Positions 37,793 to 50,724 of a stretch of DNA of 64,000 nucleotides are shown one piece after another. The stretch lies in contig OZ024742.1 of the NCBI GenBank assembly GCA_964016885.1, forward strand, positions 266,042,001 through 266,106,000. Reading direction: 5' to 3'. The translations under genes were made by a program, and so were the position numbers. The notes below the pieces were generated by a model. It was not told the DNA's origin and did no database searches. It saw nothing but the letters and a program-made list of their open reading frames with translations. Numbering within the stretch: the stretch's first letter is position 1; each line of letters begins with the position of its first letter. The DNA comes from Eledone cirrhosa. Its lineage: Eukaryota.

Positions 37793-38399
37793 CTGCAATA
37801 TGAAGAAGATATGAAGTAGTTGTGAGTAAGTTCTTCCCACTCTAGTAAAGGTGATATTTAGTTTAAATTTCTCCAGAGAGAGGCAGGTGATTTGGGCGGG
37901 GCTTAGAAGTGAATGTGATTCATATTTTAAAGAGGTGAGCACACAGCATGCTGGCACACATAATCAGACTTCAAGTTATTCATTATCCATTCTACCAGAG
38001 AATCTGTGATGTTCATGTTTTCTGAAGGATATCAATACTCGATTGACATGTGACCGAATATGAAGAACGTTTTAGCTAAGATCTCCAACACAGAACATTC
38101 CATTAAGATTAGGAAGGTGAAAGGGAGGGCTAAAAAAAAATATTAAAATGTTTACAATTCTTTCTGTGTCAACAGATACAATTAACTCTGAGATTTGGGA
38201 AACTCAAGAATACTTGTCGACATCATTTTTGCACCTACGTTTTCCAAACTGGCCTTGGTCGGACATGACTTGATATGTTGGACCTCCATCATTTCCAACA
38301 AGTATTCCAGTTATACAAACCACAGAACAGCCAGCCCATAAAATGAACATGCAAGTCGCTGAGCAGTTCACAGACAGCTGTACCCTTAACACAGCTCTC

Positions 38400-38585
38400 A
38401 TGGAAATTCAGCATGATAGTGTGTGACAGGTCAGGCCCTTTAAATTACAGGTACAACTCATTTTTACCAGCTGAGTAGACTGGGGCAATACGAAATAATG
38501 TGTCTTACTCTAGGTTTCAATGAACCACCAGGAATCAAAGCTACGACTATACAACTGTGAGTTGAACACTCTAACCACTAAGTCA
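38400..38585 (-). mobile_element. tRNA-derived SINE, family 3 (related copies near 8520, 9730, 11165, 20250)
   Basis: caggtacaactcatttttaccagctgagtagactggggc...tgtctt...ctaaccactaa recurs in several copies. Confidence 0.7.
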
Positions 38586-38773
38586 GAAGATGACTTGAAG
38601 TAATATTCTGTGGCTGGATGCTCTTCCTGATGCCAATACCTATATGTTTTTCAAGCAGAGTGCTTTATTCCACTGGTGTTTTCATGTCAAACTGCTGAAC
38701 TGCAGGACAAATTATTTATATGGAACATAAGAAATATACCCAGCTAAATGCAAATCCAAAGACTCACAGAGAA

Positions 38774-38805
<32 letters not shown>

Positions 38806-38873
38806 ACAAAGGGGGCTGCAATCCAATGCTGGAAAATGTTAAGCTCTCTGTTATTGTGAAAGAACTTGCTCAC

Positions 38874-39065
38874 CCTGAATGCCCTTAGAGTCAGCATTTC
38901 AGCAAAGTTGCCAGTGGCCCATGGACAAAGGGAGAAAAACATAGTTTTGAACTGGTCAAAGTCAACTTTATATTGCTCATAATAAGGACGTGATGGGTCA
39001 AATTTATCAATGGTATCCACTGGTTGTTGACTGGTGCGCCAGTAACAGGATGTTAAATATTCTTC
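38874..39065 (-). CDS. TBC1D9: TBC1D9-like exon I
   Basis: Junctions CTAG|GAA and AGG|GTGAG; encodes EEYLTSCYW...DPSRPYYEQYKVDFDQFKTMFFSLCPWATG...AFR. Confidence 0.94.
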
Positions 39066-39597
39066 CTAGAAAGAAAAAAATTATTTTAAAATAAAATCAA
39101 CTTTAAATTTTTTGGCTTAACATAAAATGACGATCTTAAATTTATACTTAACTCAATTGAATTCAAATATAACGTAATGAGTAGAAACAGTGTTTTTAAA
39201 AACAGAATTTCTTCAAATGATATATTCATATACACAACATGGAAAAGAAGGCGTAAAAACGATGATGATGATGACAACACTCCATTTGCTTACCCTAGCA
39301 TTTTTTTTTTCTTGATATGCTACCAATAGAAAATAAATGGTACAGGCATACACAAAAAAGGTGCCAGAGAATGACAAAGCAACAGCAATCTGGGATACAC
39401 CAATACACACAGACAGATAAATCAAATCTAACTGGCCAGATAATATAGTAAAAAGCACATCAATGACAAGTTTATGGGTACAGTTTATAGATTTCACCAC
39501 ACTCTAGCTGGATGTATAGTAATATCCTAGGCCTAATAATTAATTAATTTTATTAGACAATTCCATTGATTGATCAATTATTTATGTTTGTTTAATA

Positions 39598-39737
39598 ACT
39601 GTTTCTACTTTAGGCACAAGGCCAGCAATTACCCAGTGCATTACTGGTACTTTATTTTATCGACCCCGTAAGGATGAAAGGCAAAGTCAACCTCGGCGGG
39701 ATTTGAACTCAGATCGTAAAGGGACGTAACTATGCTA
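39598..39737 (-). mobile_element. 5'-truncated family-1 SINE, near consensus
   Basis: tgtttctactttaggcacaaggccagc...gatttgaactcagatcgtaaagggacgtaactatgc. Confidence 0.9.
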
Positions 39738-40288
39738 TGTTTAATAACGCCTGGTAGAGTGCTTCTTATTCGGTTTGTGGAGGGAACACTATTCCCTTGT
39801 CCACATTTTGAATTTGCCAGCCAAAAAAACCCGGGTTATTTCCCTTGTTGCGAAAAGGCACGCGATAGTTGAGGCATTAGCCACTGCTAACAACAGTGGC
39901 TTACTACTTCATACCACACCGGGTCACGGCGCAGAACAGAAACCTGTTGATAACATGAATCCTCACTTCGGTCTTCAAACACCAAAAACTTGCATACTTG
40001 CGCAAGTAGGATTGATGATTTGGGATTCATAGAAACCTATCGGAGAAACGACGATCTACCTCCGAGATAGTCCAGGTTTGTTTTTATTAACATGTTGGTT
40101 TTCTCGTTGCTTCGGTGTCAAGGCTGGGCTTGCCTGCCACAGTTTTCAATTTGTCACGCCGTCTAATGAATGTTATTACTCTGAGATTCCTCATCGAGTG
40201 CTTGGCTGCATAATTCCTCATTGTATCTCATTGGCTTGGCTACAGCTGAAGCTTCGATTTTACTAAACTTCCATTTATATATATATAT

Positions 40289-40874
40289 ATATACTATAAA
40301 GTAAAGTATGTCCATAGAATCATTTGATAATATATATACATCATTTCCTCTCCCAATTAGCATAATTAACCACACAAAAAAATCAATTAGACCAGGCTAT
40401 AAGATTAAAAGGCACCTATGAAGAAACAGTAAATAAATAAACGATAGCATAGCAATCTCTTCGTGGCCAACCGCTATAGAATATTTACCCAACATTTCAA
40501 CAGCACGTGGAAATTAATTAAATATACGGTCAACCATACACAATTAGATATAAAATTAAAGTTAGAAATGCTTATATACATACCAGGATGTATATGAGCA
40601 TTTCAAACTTTAATTTTATACCTAATTGTTTATGGTTGACCGTATATTTAATTAATTTCCACGTGCTGTTGAAATGTTAGGTAAATATTCTATAGCGGTT
40701 GGCCGCGAAGAGGCTGCTATCGTTTATTTATTTACTGTTTCTTCATAGGTGCCTTTTAATCTTATAGCCTGGTCTAATTGATTTTTTGTGTGGTTAATTA
40801 TGCTAATTGGGAGAGGAAATGATGTATATATATTATCAAATGATTCTATGGACATACTTTACTTTATAGTATAT
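40289..40874. mobile_element. Foldback/MITE-like element: 586-bp near-perfect palindrome
   Basis: Arms of about 290 bp (atatactataaagtaaagtatgtcc... / ...ggacatactttactttatagtatat), loop of about 6 nt at 40582-40587, TA at both ends. Confidence 0.92.
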
Positions 40875-40977
40875 TGCTCTGATTATTTAATTTGTTAATT
40901 CTTCATTGAGCCACATCGTGAATGGTTGCCAAAACACATATATATCTGTGACTTTGTTTAATTGGTGTATATGTAAA

Positions 40978-41026
<49 letters not shown>

Positions 41027-41032
<6 letters not shown>

Positions 41033-41415
41033 ATAGCTTAACTAAGAATGTAGGCTTCACATATAGCAGCTGTGCTGGGACAGCAAGCAGCATACAGCCA
41101 CAGGAAACAAGTACCACCAAACTCTGGGAGGGCTCTGTAGAAACAGTAGACAGCTTCTGCTACCTAGGTGACCGAATTAGCAGCGGAGCTGGGTGTTCAG
41201 AAAGTACAATAACTAGGGTAAGAACGGGATGGAAGAAGTTCAGGGAGTTATTGCCACTGCTAGCTGCAAAAGGCTTTTCCCTCAAAATGAAAGGCAGACT
41301 GTATGATGCGTGTATACAAACAGCAATGTTACATGGTAGTGAGACCTGGGCGCTATCTGTGGAAGACTTGCGTAGATTAGAAAGCCTGCATACTCCGATG
41401 GATGTGTAATAGTAA
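41027..41415 (+). mobile_element. RTE internal fragment, highly similar to the copy at 58885
   Basis: VETVDSFCYLGDRISSG...RVRTGWKKFRELLPLL...HGSETWAL; bounded by (TA)n on both sides. Confidence 0.9.
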
Positions 41416-41508
41416 TATATATATATATATGTATGTATATGTGTGTGTGTATATATGTGTGTGTGTACATACGTGCGTGTGTATATATTGATAATTGTAT
41501 ATGTGTGC

Positions 41509-41585
<77 letters not shown>

Positions 41586-41957
41586 TGTTCTGTTGTGCGT
41601 GTTTATGATATATACGTATTTGTATGTGTATAATTGTTTTGCTATGTATGTATATGTGTGTGTATGTGTACGTGTGTATATATATGTGTGTGTGTACGTT
41701 TGTATTTATGTAATTATATGTGTGCTTATGTATGCATATATGTGTGTGTGTGCATATAGTTGTATACACATGTGTGTGTGTATAGATTGTACACTTGTGT
41801 GTGGTTATGCATGTATGCGTATGTATGCGGTTATGTATTTGTATTTGAAAAATTTTTTTTATGTGTGAGAGTGTGTGAATGCGTTGACTATTTCGTGCGT
41901 ATGTATATGTGCTTTTGTGTGTGTATGTGTGTGTATATATGCATGTGTGTGTGTGTA

Positions 41958-41988
<31 letters not shown>

Positions 41989-42011
41989 GTATGCGTGTGT
42001 GTGTGTAGATA

Positions 42012-42043
<32 letters not shown>

Positions 42044-42414
42044 AATGTTTGTATATGTTTGTCCTTAGAGGAACAAAGGCAGACAGATTTCTGTATTCAG
42101 ATTGGAGCCAATCCTTATCATTGGCTTCCTCTTTAGTTTACAGGTGTCTGTAAGATCAGTATGGGGTCAGTCATGGTAGATAGGTTTGGAGGAAGGGGAG
42201 ATTCCTTAAAAGCTAAATTCTTAAAGGTTCTAGTATATTGACCAAGGTTTAGGGAATTCTGTGGACAATTTCTAAGTATAATCTATACAACTGTAGCTAT
42301 AAATTCACGAGACACTTTCAACAGAACATACCCTGCGCGTATGCGCGCACACACATGTGTATGGGGGAAATATATTTATATTTGTATACGCGTGCGTGCG
42401 TGCACGCATACACA

Positions 42415-42505
<91 letters not shown>
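41416..42505. repeat. TG/TA-rich low-complexity tract (to about 42060) and pure (TG)n (about 42417-42504)
   Basis: Directly visible. Confidence 0.95.
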
Positions 42506-42507
<2 letters not shown>

Positions 42508-42728
42508 CGTGTATGTGTGGTTGTATGGGTAGTCTTATTTTGTTTTTATTTTTTCCTTTCCTTCTTCCTTCTCCAGCCTCACTTTCATATAGCTTGCTTT
42601 TTTTGTTTTTAAGATCCAAATTCAATAAACAAACCAGGATTTTTTCGTTCTGAGGATTGAAAGCAAAACCTTTTGCTTTTAAGAAACCACTGGTAAATGG
42701 AATAATTGCCTTATGTTGTTTATTACAT

Positions 42729-42777
<49 letters not shown>

Positions 42778-43671
42778 GAATTTATTGATTTTAACTCGCT
42801 GCAGCTGTTTTATAGATGTTGAAATATTAATAATTCAAAGGCTCAAAGATACAGAGGAGAATTATATACAAAATAATTTTATCACCTGTTGTTCTTGTTG
42901 ATTATCTTTATACCAATCTAAGGCAATGGATTGGTAGAATTGTTAGAACACTGAATAAAATGTTTTTTGATATTTGTTTTGGTTCTATCTTCTGTGTTCA
43001 AATTCCACTGTGGCCTACTTGGCTGGTAGACCTCATCTGCCTTCTAGCTTACCAATGCCAACTGGCTCATGGGTACCTTTAACAGCATCCATTCTGTTAC
43101 ATCTATTGCAAGTTTTCAAGCCAATTCACTAGCTTGAGGATACTTTCTTCACTCCCAACCACCAGTCTTGGGGGTCACTGAAAAGGGCTTTTTCACAAAA
43201 CAGAATTTAAAAAAAGGGCAGCCCTGATCTAGTAAGACTAATAACCACCTTATCTTTTTGTTAGATATTGTCTACCACCACTACATTTTCATAATGTGTC
43301 CTCTCATTTCAGGATGGCAGGATGTGATTTAAAGGAGATTTTATTGCTATTTTTAGCAAGTAAAGTAACTATATAGAGACTACTTCCTTAGTTCAACAGT
43401 AAATTATTTGCTATTCAGCCTTATGAGTAGCCAAAATCAGACTAATGACAGAGAAACATTCCCACTGTGACCATGCAATTTTTTATTTGCACTAAGAAAG
43501 CGTAGTTCTAGATTTGGTGGAGGTTTGGCTGCTATTTCTAACAGGTCAAGCGACCACATACAGATTCATTCATTGTTTCATTTGAGCAAGATTTGTTTTA
43601 AAATTAAAAACAAGTTAAATGTGGCAGTTTCATTTTCCTTGTTAAATATAAATAAATTTTAGAAATCTTAC

Positions 43672-43770
43672 CCGAAACAGGATATACAAGTCCTCAAGTT
43701 CTTTCCCTTGAAACACTGTCTCTGATGATACACTGCGAAGTATATTTTTCATTGTACTGTCCTCAATGTT
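43672..43770 (-). CDS. TBC1D9: TBC1D9-like exon H (not in ORF track)
   Basis: Junctions CTAG|AAC and CGG|GTAAG; encodes NIEDSTMKNILRSVSSETVFQGKELEDLYILFR. Confidence 0.92.
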
Positions 43771-44029
43771 CTAGAAAAACACCAAACAATTATAAACACT
43801 GAATCAACAAACATTGTCAAGTTGAAGAAAAAAAAAAACTTTTTGATATATTTCCATAGAGTTCTTATGATGTGTTCATAAACAACACTACAAGGTAAAA
43901 GTAACTCATTCATATATTTCATTAATGTGATCTTTTCATTTAGTGAAAAAGGTAAATCCTTCATATATATTATTGATAAAATCCTCAATATCCACCAACT
44001 AAATCTAAAACTCCAAGTACAGACAAAGT

Positions 44030-44260
44030 CTCTCCCTAAATCCCAACACACTACTAATACACCAACAAATTCCATCCTTAAGTCCCAATAAAAACTAATA
44101 TACCAATAGATTCCCTCTCTAAATCCCAAGATAAACTATTAATTCACCAATAGATCTTCTCTCTAAATCCCAACACAAACTAATAGTACACCAACAAATA
44201 CTCTTCCTCTATCACAACACAAACCACCAATGCAACAACAAATTCACTCCCTAAATCACA
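44030..44260. repeat. Degenerate tandem repeat, unit about 42 bp, 5-6 copies
   Basis: ctaaatcccaacacaaactaatanacaccaacaaatt-like units. Confidence 0.75.
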
Positions 44261-44769
44261 AACTCATCATCATCATTTTAATGTCTAGTTTCCAAGCTAG
44301 CAAGGGTTGGACATGTCTACATAGAGCAAGTCAGGACTGAAGCAGGGTTACTGAACTCCCAGACAGGCTAGGGATTTGCATCTCGCTTATGTACAGTCTC
44401 ACGTTCTACTGAGTGCACAGGAGAAATTGTCATGTCTTTGGCACAACTAAGGGTCCTCCAAAACCTTTGTTTGCCAAGCTTTCTACAGCTGGATTCCCTT
44501 CCTATCACCAACCACTTTACACCATGTACTGGGTGCGTTTATCATGCAGTATACCAATACTAGAGAGGTTGCCATACCATGGCACAACCGAAGGGACCTT
44601 TCAACCCTCCCTTTTTTTTTCCAAAATTAATTAAAAGATGAAAATAAAAAAAACAATGCTTTCCCACTTTTAACTAATCAGTTGTCAATTGTGCAGGAAA
44701 TATAGACAGTTTTTACAAAAACTGACCAAAATGATAGTAAGTGAGACAATTCTGTTACATAATTCTAAA

Positions 44770-45771
44770 ACATGGGAACTTTTCTATGCAGATGATTTGG
44801 TCCTTATAGCTGAAACCAAAAAAGAACTAGCAAATAAATTCTGATTATGGAAACTGAATTTGGAATCAAAAGGTCTGAGAGTAAATTTAGCCAAAACTAA
44901 CGTGCTAGTGAATAACAAAGAAGATAGGACCCAGATTCGGGAAGTGGCCCGGCTAAATATGTAGAAAAGGAGTAGGCATAAACTCCATATAATATACACA
45001 AGGTAAATCTTAGGTTCACAAAAGATATAGTAGGATAACACGTATATTAACAGGAAGGGAGAAATTTGCATGTAGAAGATGTACAGGAGTAATCGAGAGG
45101 AAGAAGTGTGTCAATGATATAAACCTTTTCCATTCACCGGAATGATCCATAGACATGGTTGATAGCTTCTGCTATCTAGGTGATTTAATTAGCAGCAGAG
45201 GAGGGTGCACCAAGAGTATAGTAGCTAGAATAAGCATAGGATGGAAGAAGTTTAGAGAACTACTCCCATTGTTGACAAAAGGTTTCTCTTTACATACAAA
45301 AGGCAGGCTGCGAATGCCTATGAGTGGAGTGTGATGCTGCAGAGCTGTCAAACATGGGCTGTGACTGCAGAGGACATACATAGACTGGAGAGAAATGAAG
45401 CAACCATGCTTCATTGGATGTGCAATGTAAGTGTGAAAGAAAGGCAGAGCTTGGACAAGCTGAGGGAGAAGCTAGATTTAAGAGTTATCTGAGGTGGTAT
45501 GCAGATGAGAAGACTGCGTTGGTATGGACATGTGATGTGCATGGACAATGACCGATGGATGAACAAATGCCAGGAAATCCTAGTGAAAGGATGCCGCAGT
45601 AGAGAACAACCAAGAAAGATTTGGGTAGAGGTTGCGAGAGCTGACCTCAAATTGTTAAGACTGGCAGAGGAGATGATGAAGGAACGTGACAAGTGGAGAG
45701 ATCCCATACTGAGAAGGACCCATCCAACCCCTGCAAGCGTGGAAAAACGGACATAAAAACAATGATGATGT
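44770..45771 (+). mobile_element. RTE LINE 3' part
   Basis: WELFYADDLVLIAE, GLRVNLAKT, FCYLGD, RRLRWYGHV, tail ggaaaaacggacataaaaacaat(gat)n. Confidence 0.92.
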
Positions 45772-45823
45772 AGTTTCTGTATGGTTGTAAGAAATGAAGA
45801 AATTATTAAGACAGTGGACTTAC

Positions 45824-45934
45824 TTGGACTACTTTCAGACGATATTTCAGTCGTAGTTTTTCAATATCCTGATTTGATATGTGGCTATAACATCTATAAC
45901 TTTCATCTATGAGGTCTGCTACATCGATTGATGG
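45824..45934 (-). CDS. TBC1D9: TBC1D9-like exon G (not in ORF track)
   Basis: Junctions GTAG|CCA and CAA|GTAAGT; encodes PSIDVADLIDESYRCYSHISNQDIEKLRLKYRLKVVQ. Confidence 0.9.
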
Positions 45935-45986
45935 CTACATGGGAGAACATAAATATATATAGAGAGATATATAAATGTAGAGAGAA

Positions 45987-46017
<31 letters not shown>

Positions 46018-46857
46018 AAAAACAGATGAGGTACATTGAAAAACAAAAGACAGTGCCAAGAGAGAGAGAGAGAGGTAAGGAGGAAAGAACAGAGGTATGA
46101 GTTACCTAGATAATCAGCCAAGAAGCAGCACATGCATACAAGTACGCACACATGCACAAACACAAGGACATATATACACACACACACACAGGGCTAACCT
46201 GAGGACAAGACAGCAACCTTGTCAATCAGTTAGTTATTAAATTCTTTCAATAAATTGGATGTAAAATAGAATGATTGAAATCAGAAGTTATATCTTATAC
46301 AATTACTATTTGCTCATTGAAGCAATGACTATCTGTACACACACATAGATGATAGGTATTAATTAAAAGTCTTTTTTAAGCCTCTAGGCTCATCAGGCCA
46401 AAGTTTTTGCTTCTCTTACAATTTGAACTTGCAACCATGAGGTCAGATGGTAAATTGGAAAAATCAGTTGAGCTTTGCAGTATTTGCTCACTGCATTCTG
46501 AGTTCAAATCCTTTTACCCATTTGGGTTGTTGAAACAAAGTACCAATCCAGGACAGTGAACTGGCATAACTGTTAGAGTGTGAGACAAGATATATTGTGG
46601 TATTTGTTCCTGCCAACTTGGATGTTGGATGGTAGATTTAATCTGTCATCCAGCTTAACACCACTAACTGGCATCTTAGGTATCTTTAGCAGAGTCTATT
46701 CTGTTATAAGCATTTATACCAGGTCTCCAGTTTAAGGATATATTCCTCTCTCCCATCTATTTCAGACACCCTGAAAAGAGTCACGGGCACTAAGACTTTG
46801 CAAGTTTTGAGTGCAATGTTTCTGTTGTGCATATCACATCAAAAGTATAATACTCAC

Positions 46858-47034
46858 CTTTTGAGGTGTTGATGGCATTGAAGAAGTGTGCATAACGACA
46901 GGCATTGTTGAGTCATGGCTGGTAACATTCTCTAAATAGTTAGTCAACACTGTCATTGCTTCACCATCTTCATGACAGCTTAATAATTCCTCACTTTTGT
47001 TTTCTAAGATTGTCAAGGCAATTTGGAAAATAAC
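46858..47034 (-). CDS. TBC1D9: TBC1D9-like exon F
   Basis: Junctions ACAG|GTT and AAG|GTGAGT; encodes VIFQIALTILENKSEELLSCHEDGEAMTVLTNYLENVT...PQK. Confidence 0.94.
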
Positions 47035-47147
47035 CTGTACAGTGAGATAAACAAAGGTTACAAATTCTTGCTTCATAAACAACCAATTATATAAACCAAC
47101 ATGGGTGCTTTATCTATACCACCTGTAAGATCAAAAAACATTAACTG

Positions 47148-47182
<35 letters not shown>

Positions 47183-47190
<8 letters not shown>

Positions 47191-49740
47191 GAAAAAGTGA
47201 AGAATAACATGGTCAACAGTACAAAAAAGGGGAATTTATTTACAGTCTAACAATTGTTTCTTTAGAAAGATTACGGAAAAAAGTTACAAAATTCTTTAAT
47301 AAATTAGGCCTTAACATCACTTTTGAGCTCAATTCTAAAAAAGCTAACTTCTTAGATTATCGCTCAACCTAAACACAGGACTAATAGAACCCTTCCATAA
47401 AAATAATTAAAATTTAGCTTACATTAATTATAACTCTAATCATCCTCAATCCATAATTAACTCCATAGTACATAGTATATCCCTTATAATCTCACGCCTA
47501 TCTTCTAATCTAGAGATTTTTAACGAACACGCTAACTACTACAACATAGCTTTACTTAAGGCAGGCCATAAAGAGATTCTCAAATACATACCAAATACAA
47601 AAAATAACAACACACTTAATAGAAATAACACTATCCACACCTATAGAAGCAACAAATCTAGGACTAAACATAGAAATTGGCAACAAGCACGTGAATTAAT
47701 TGAACAGAATACTAATAGAAAGACCACTAATAACTATAGAAGATGTAGAGATAGAAAGTACTTATGGTTCAATCCAGTGTTTAACTCCTCTATAAAAACA
47801 AAACTACCTTATACTTTCTTCAAATTAGTTGACAAAGACTTCCCTAAAATTCATAAATATCATAAAATCTTTAATAGAAAAACTATTAAACTATCATACT
47901 CCACTGCCAACAACATAGAATCGCACATACATAAAATTAACTATAAAAGAATTTATAATACAAGTAGCCCGCAAATAAGTACCATAACACCAAATACAAA
48001 ACATAAACATATAACATCATCACAACCAAACACACGTCAGAACACATCACCACAATACATCAACAAACCCAATTCTCAGCCCATACATAACAATTTACAA
48101 AACCATATCGAAGAACCAGCACATAGGAAAGCATCTAAATGTAATTGTCATCTACCTGATAAATGCCCATTACAAAATAGATGCCTAGAGTCTAATATAG
48201 TATACCTATGTACTATAAATTCAGGCAGCTTAGCATGGCACTACATAGGATCTACAGCTGGAGAATTTAAGAAAAGGTGGTATGTCCACAGACACTCTAT
48301 GAATAACAGGAAGCTCATAAATACAACAACTCTCGCCAATAAAATCTGGCAACTCAGAGATGCAAACATGGAATATAAAATCAGCTGGACGAAGCTATCA
48401 ACAGCAACGACCTGTCGAAATGGCATGTCCCACTGTTGTCTTTGTAATATGGAACTTTTCAAAATTACAACAAAATGCTACTTAACAGTAAAATTGAAAG
48501 AACTATTTACTGTAGGCATAAAACGCTGACCAAATTTGAGAACTTTAGACCAGCTTAATCATCTTATCTATTCCATAACCCAAATTGTACCACTTAGATC
48601 TATTATAATACCACATCATCATCATTATTGTTATAATTGTCACCATCTATCAATGAACCAACATCAAAACCTCTTATATTTACATTCATATTTTATGTAT
48701 CTTTATCTTTCTATCTCTATTTCTCTCCCTAAATTTATTTCATCCCTAGTATTTTATCTTATCATATCATTTTCACTTCTAATATAACATACAACTAATT
48801 AATCAAATAATTAATTAATCAAATAATTAATTAATTATATAATTAATTTATTAAAATACCCAATACTCACATAAATATATTTAACATTATCATATTTATA
48901 CCTTCGCATCTCTCTATATTTTAACCACTTTCAATAATCTTAATATGTTTAAATTTCTTCGCACATTTTTGCTTATATATTTTCATATTTTCATACTTTC
49001 ATATTTCATATTTTGTATCATTTTGTATCATACTCGATATAATTTGTTTATTTATTCATTTATTCATGTATTAACATTTATTTATGTATTAACATTTATT
49101 CATTTATTGTTGATATCATTATTTTCCATCTATTTTTCTTTTCTTTTTTTTCTCTTGCGTCATTTCTCCTCTATCCTTTTCTCTCCTCTTTCTATCCTCC
49201 TTTCTCTACATATTTTTTTTTAATATATATATCTTTCTCTGTTTTCATTTCTCCTTTTTCTTTTTCTTTTTTTTATTTTTCTTTTTATTTATTTCTTTCC
49301 TTTATCTATCTCTCTTTTTTTGTTCTCTCTCTATCTTTACTACTAATATTATTATTGATGTTGTAATTTCAATTTGTAGATTTGCTGGTTATATATTTTT
49401 TATAAAAGTTTCTGATTACATGATTGAGCTAGCATCGTATTTAAAATTGAGTGGCACTGCTTCTAATGTTCAGCAATTTTTAGACAACTCAATCAGAGAA
49501 ACAATTGTTAGGCTGTAAATAAATTCCCCTTTTTTGTACTGTTGACCATGTTATTCTTCACTTTTTCAATTTTATTACTCCAAGATAAACTTACATAGGA
49601 ATACAAGTGAAATCATAAACTCGCCATCTACGTAAAGCTCTTGTTGAGTCAAACAAAGCTGTACGCTAAAACTATCCATAATAAGAAGTATTCACAACCT
49701 CTAACTGGATTACCTATAACAATATTTTGTTATCCCTTAT
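47183..49740 (+). mobile_element. Penelope-like element (possibly Naiad type), 5'-truncated with inverted partial pLTR
   Basis: RT C-terminus (KANFLD, SNHP), CNC...CPL...C linker, GIY-YIG NIVY...YIGST...FKKRWYVH, C-terminal CCLC...CRH; 47183-47261 is the reverse complement of 49497-49575 (78/79). Confidence 0.92.
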
Positions 49741-50198
49741 ATATATATATATATATATATGCTAGCGTGGAAGATGGACGTTAAACGATGATGATGATAT
49801 ATATATAGTAATAATAATAAGGTTAAGGGTGAAAGCAGCAATTCTTTGCTTAAACTTTAATCTATTCTTATAATATATATATATATTTATATATATATAC
49901 ATATCATCATCATTTTACATCTACTTTTCTATACTTGTATGGGTTAGATGAATCTTTCCAGCACATACTCCTCTGGGTTAGCATGCTTATATCACTCAGC
50001 CCTGATCAAATGATCCTGGCCCAATCTCAGAACTGTGATCCTTGGAAATACCTCCATACTCTACTTTCCCTGTACACATTCAAATCCCCCTACCTGACTG
50101 GGTTGGGTCTCCAAAGCTACAGGGACTATTACAATCTCTAGAATAAATAATAAATTAAATAAATGCAAGAGAGAAAATATGGTGGTATAATCATAGAA

Positions 50199-50246
<48 letters not shown>

Positions 50247-50663
50247 CAACCAATTCTACAGCAATTTTCACAACCCGCTATAAGCAGTAGCCTAATAGCT
50301 GTAGTCTATTTAAAAAAAGGACAGACACATTGGACAATGTTCTCCTAGATATACTATGCATGAAAAGAATAGATGCGAAAAACATGGTTGAATTGCCTTC
50401 AATCATAGGTCTGCTGGATAAAGGCTGACTTCAGACTAAATAACAATCACTCTCTGGTAAGTTAACGCAGCAAATAGACTATTCTTACACCAGTCTTCAT
50501 CACTATTTACTGCAGATATTTTAACAGTCTCGGACTCTGTTTCACTGTCATACAAAAATAGGTTTTCTTAACATAATTAGGATATATCATTATTATCATC
50601 ACTATTTAACATCCATTTCCATGCCAGCAAATGTTAGACGAAATGTATATATATTTCACTTAC

Positions 50664-50724
50664 CTTAGCACCATCATAGAAGAAGCAGTCCAAGATATTT
50701 ACAGCACAGTTAAAAGGCATTACA
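50664..50724 (-). CDS. TBC1D9: TBC1D9-like exon E (61 nt, not in ORF track)
   Basis: Junctions CTAG|T and AAG|GTAAGT; encodes SVMPFNCAVNILDCFFYDGAK (vertebrate SVMPFESAVVVVDCFFYEGIK). Confidence 0.93.

Noticed and set aside
38204-38401. Possible extra exon between exons I and J
   Set aside because: Exons I and J join in frame with continuous homology (AFR|FLDEN); the segment contains an RTE-type tail and belongs to a SINE.
41377-42653. CV/HT/YI-repeat ORFs, also at 15810-16635 and 29237-29637
   Set aside because: Translations of microsatellite and minisatellite sequence.
47777-48560. Possible selenoprotein-type Penelope (Naiad) element
   Set aside because: The conserved cysteines inspected (CNC, CPL..C, CCLC, CRH) use TGT/TGC; no in-frame TGA at a Cys position, and no SECIS recognised.
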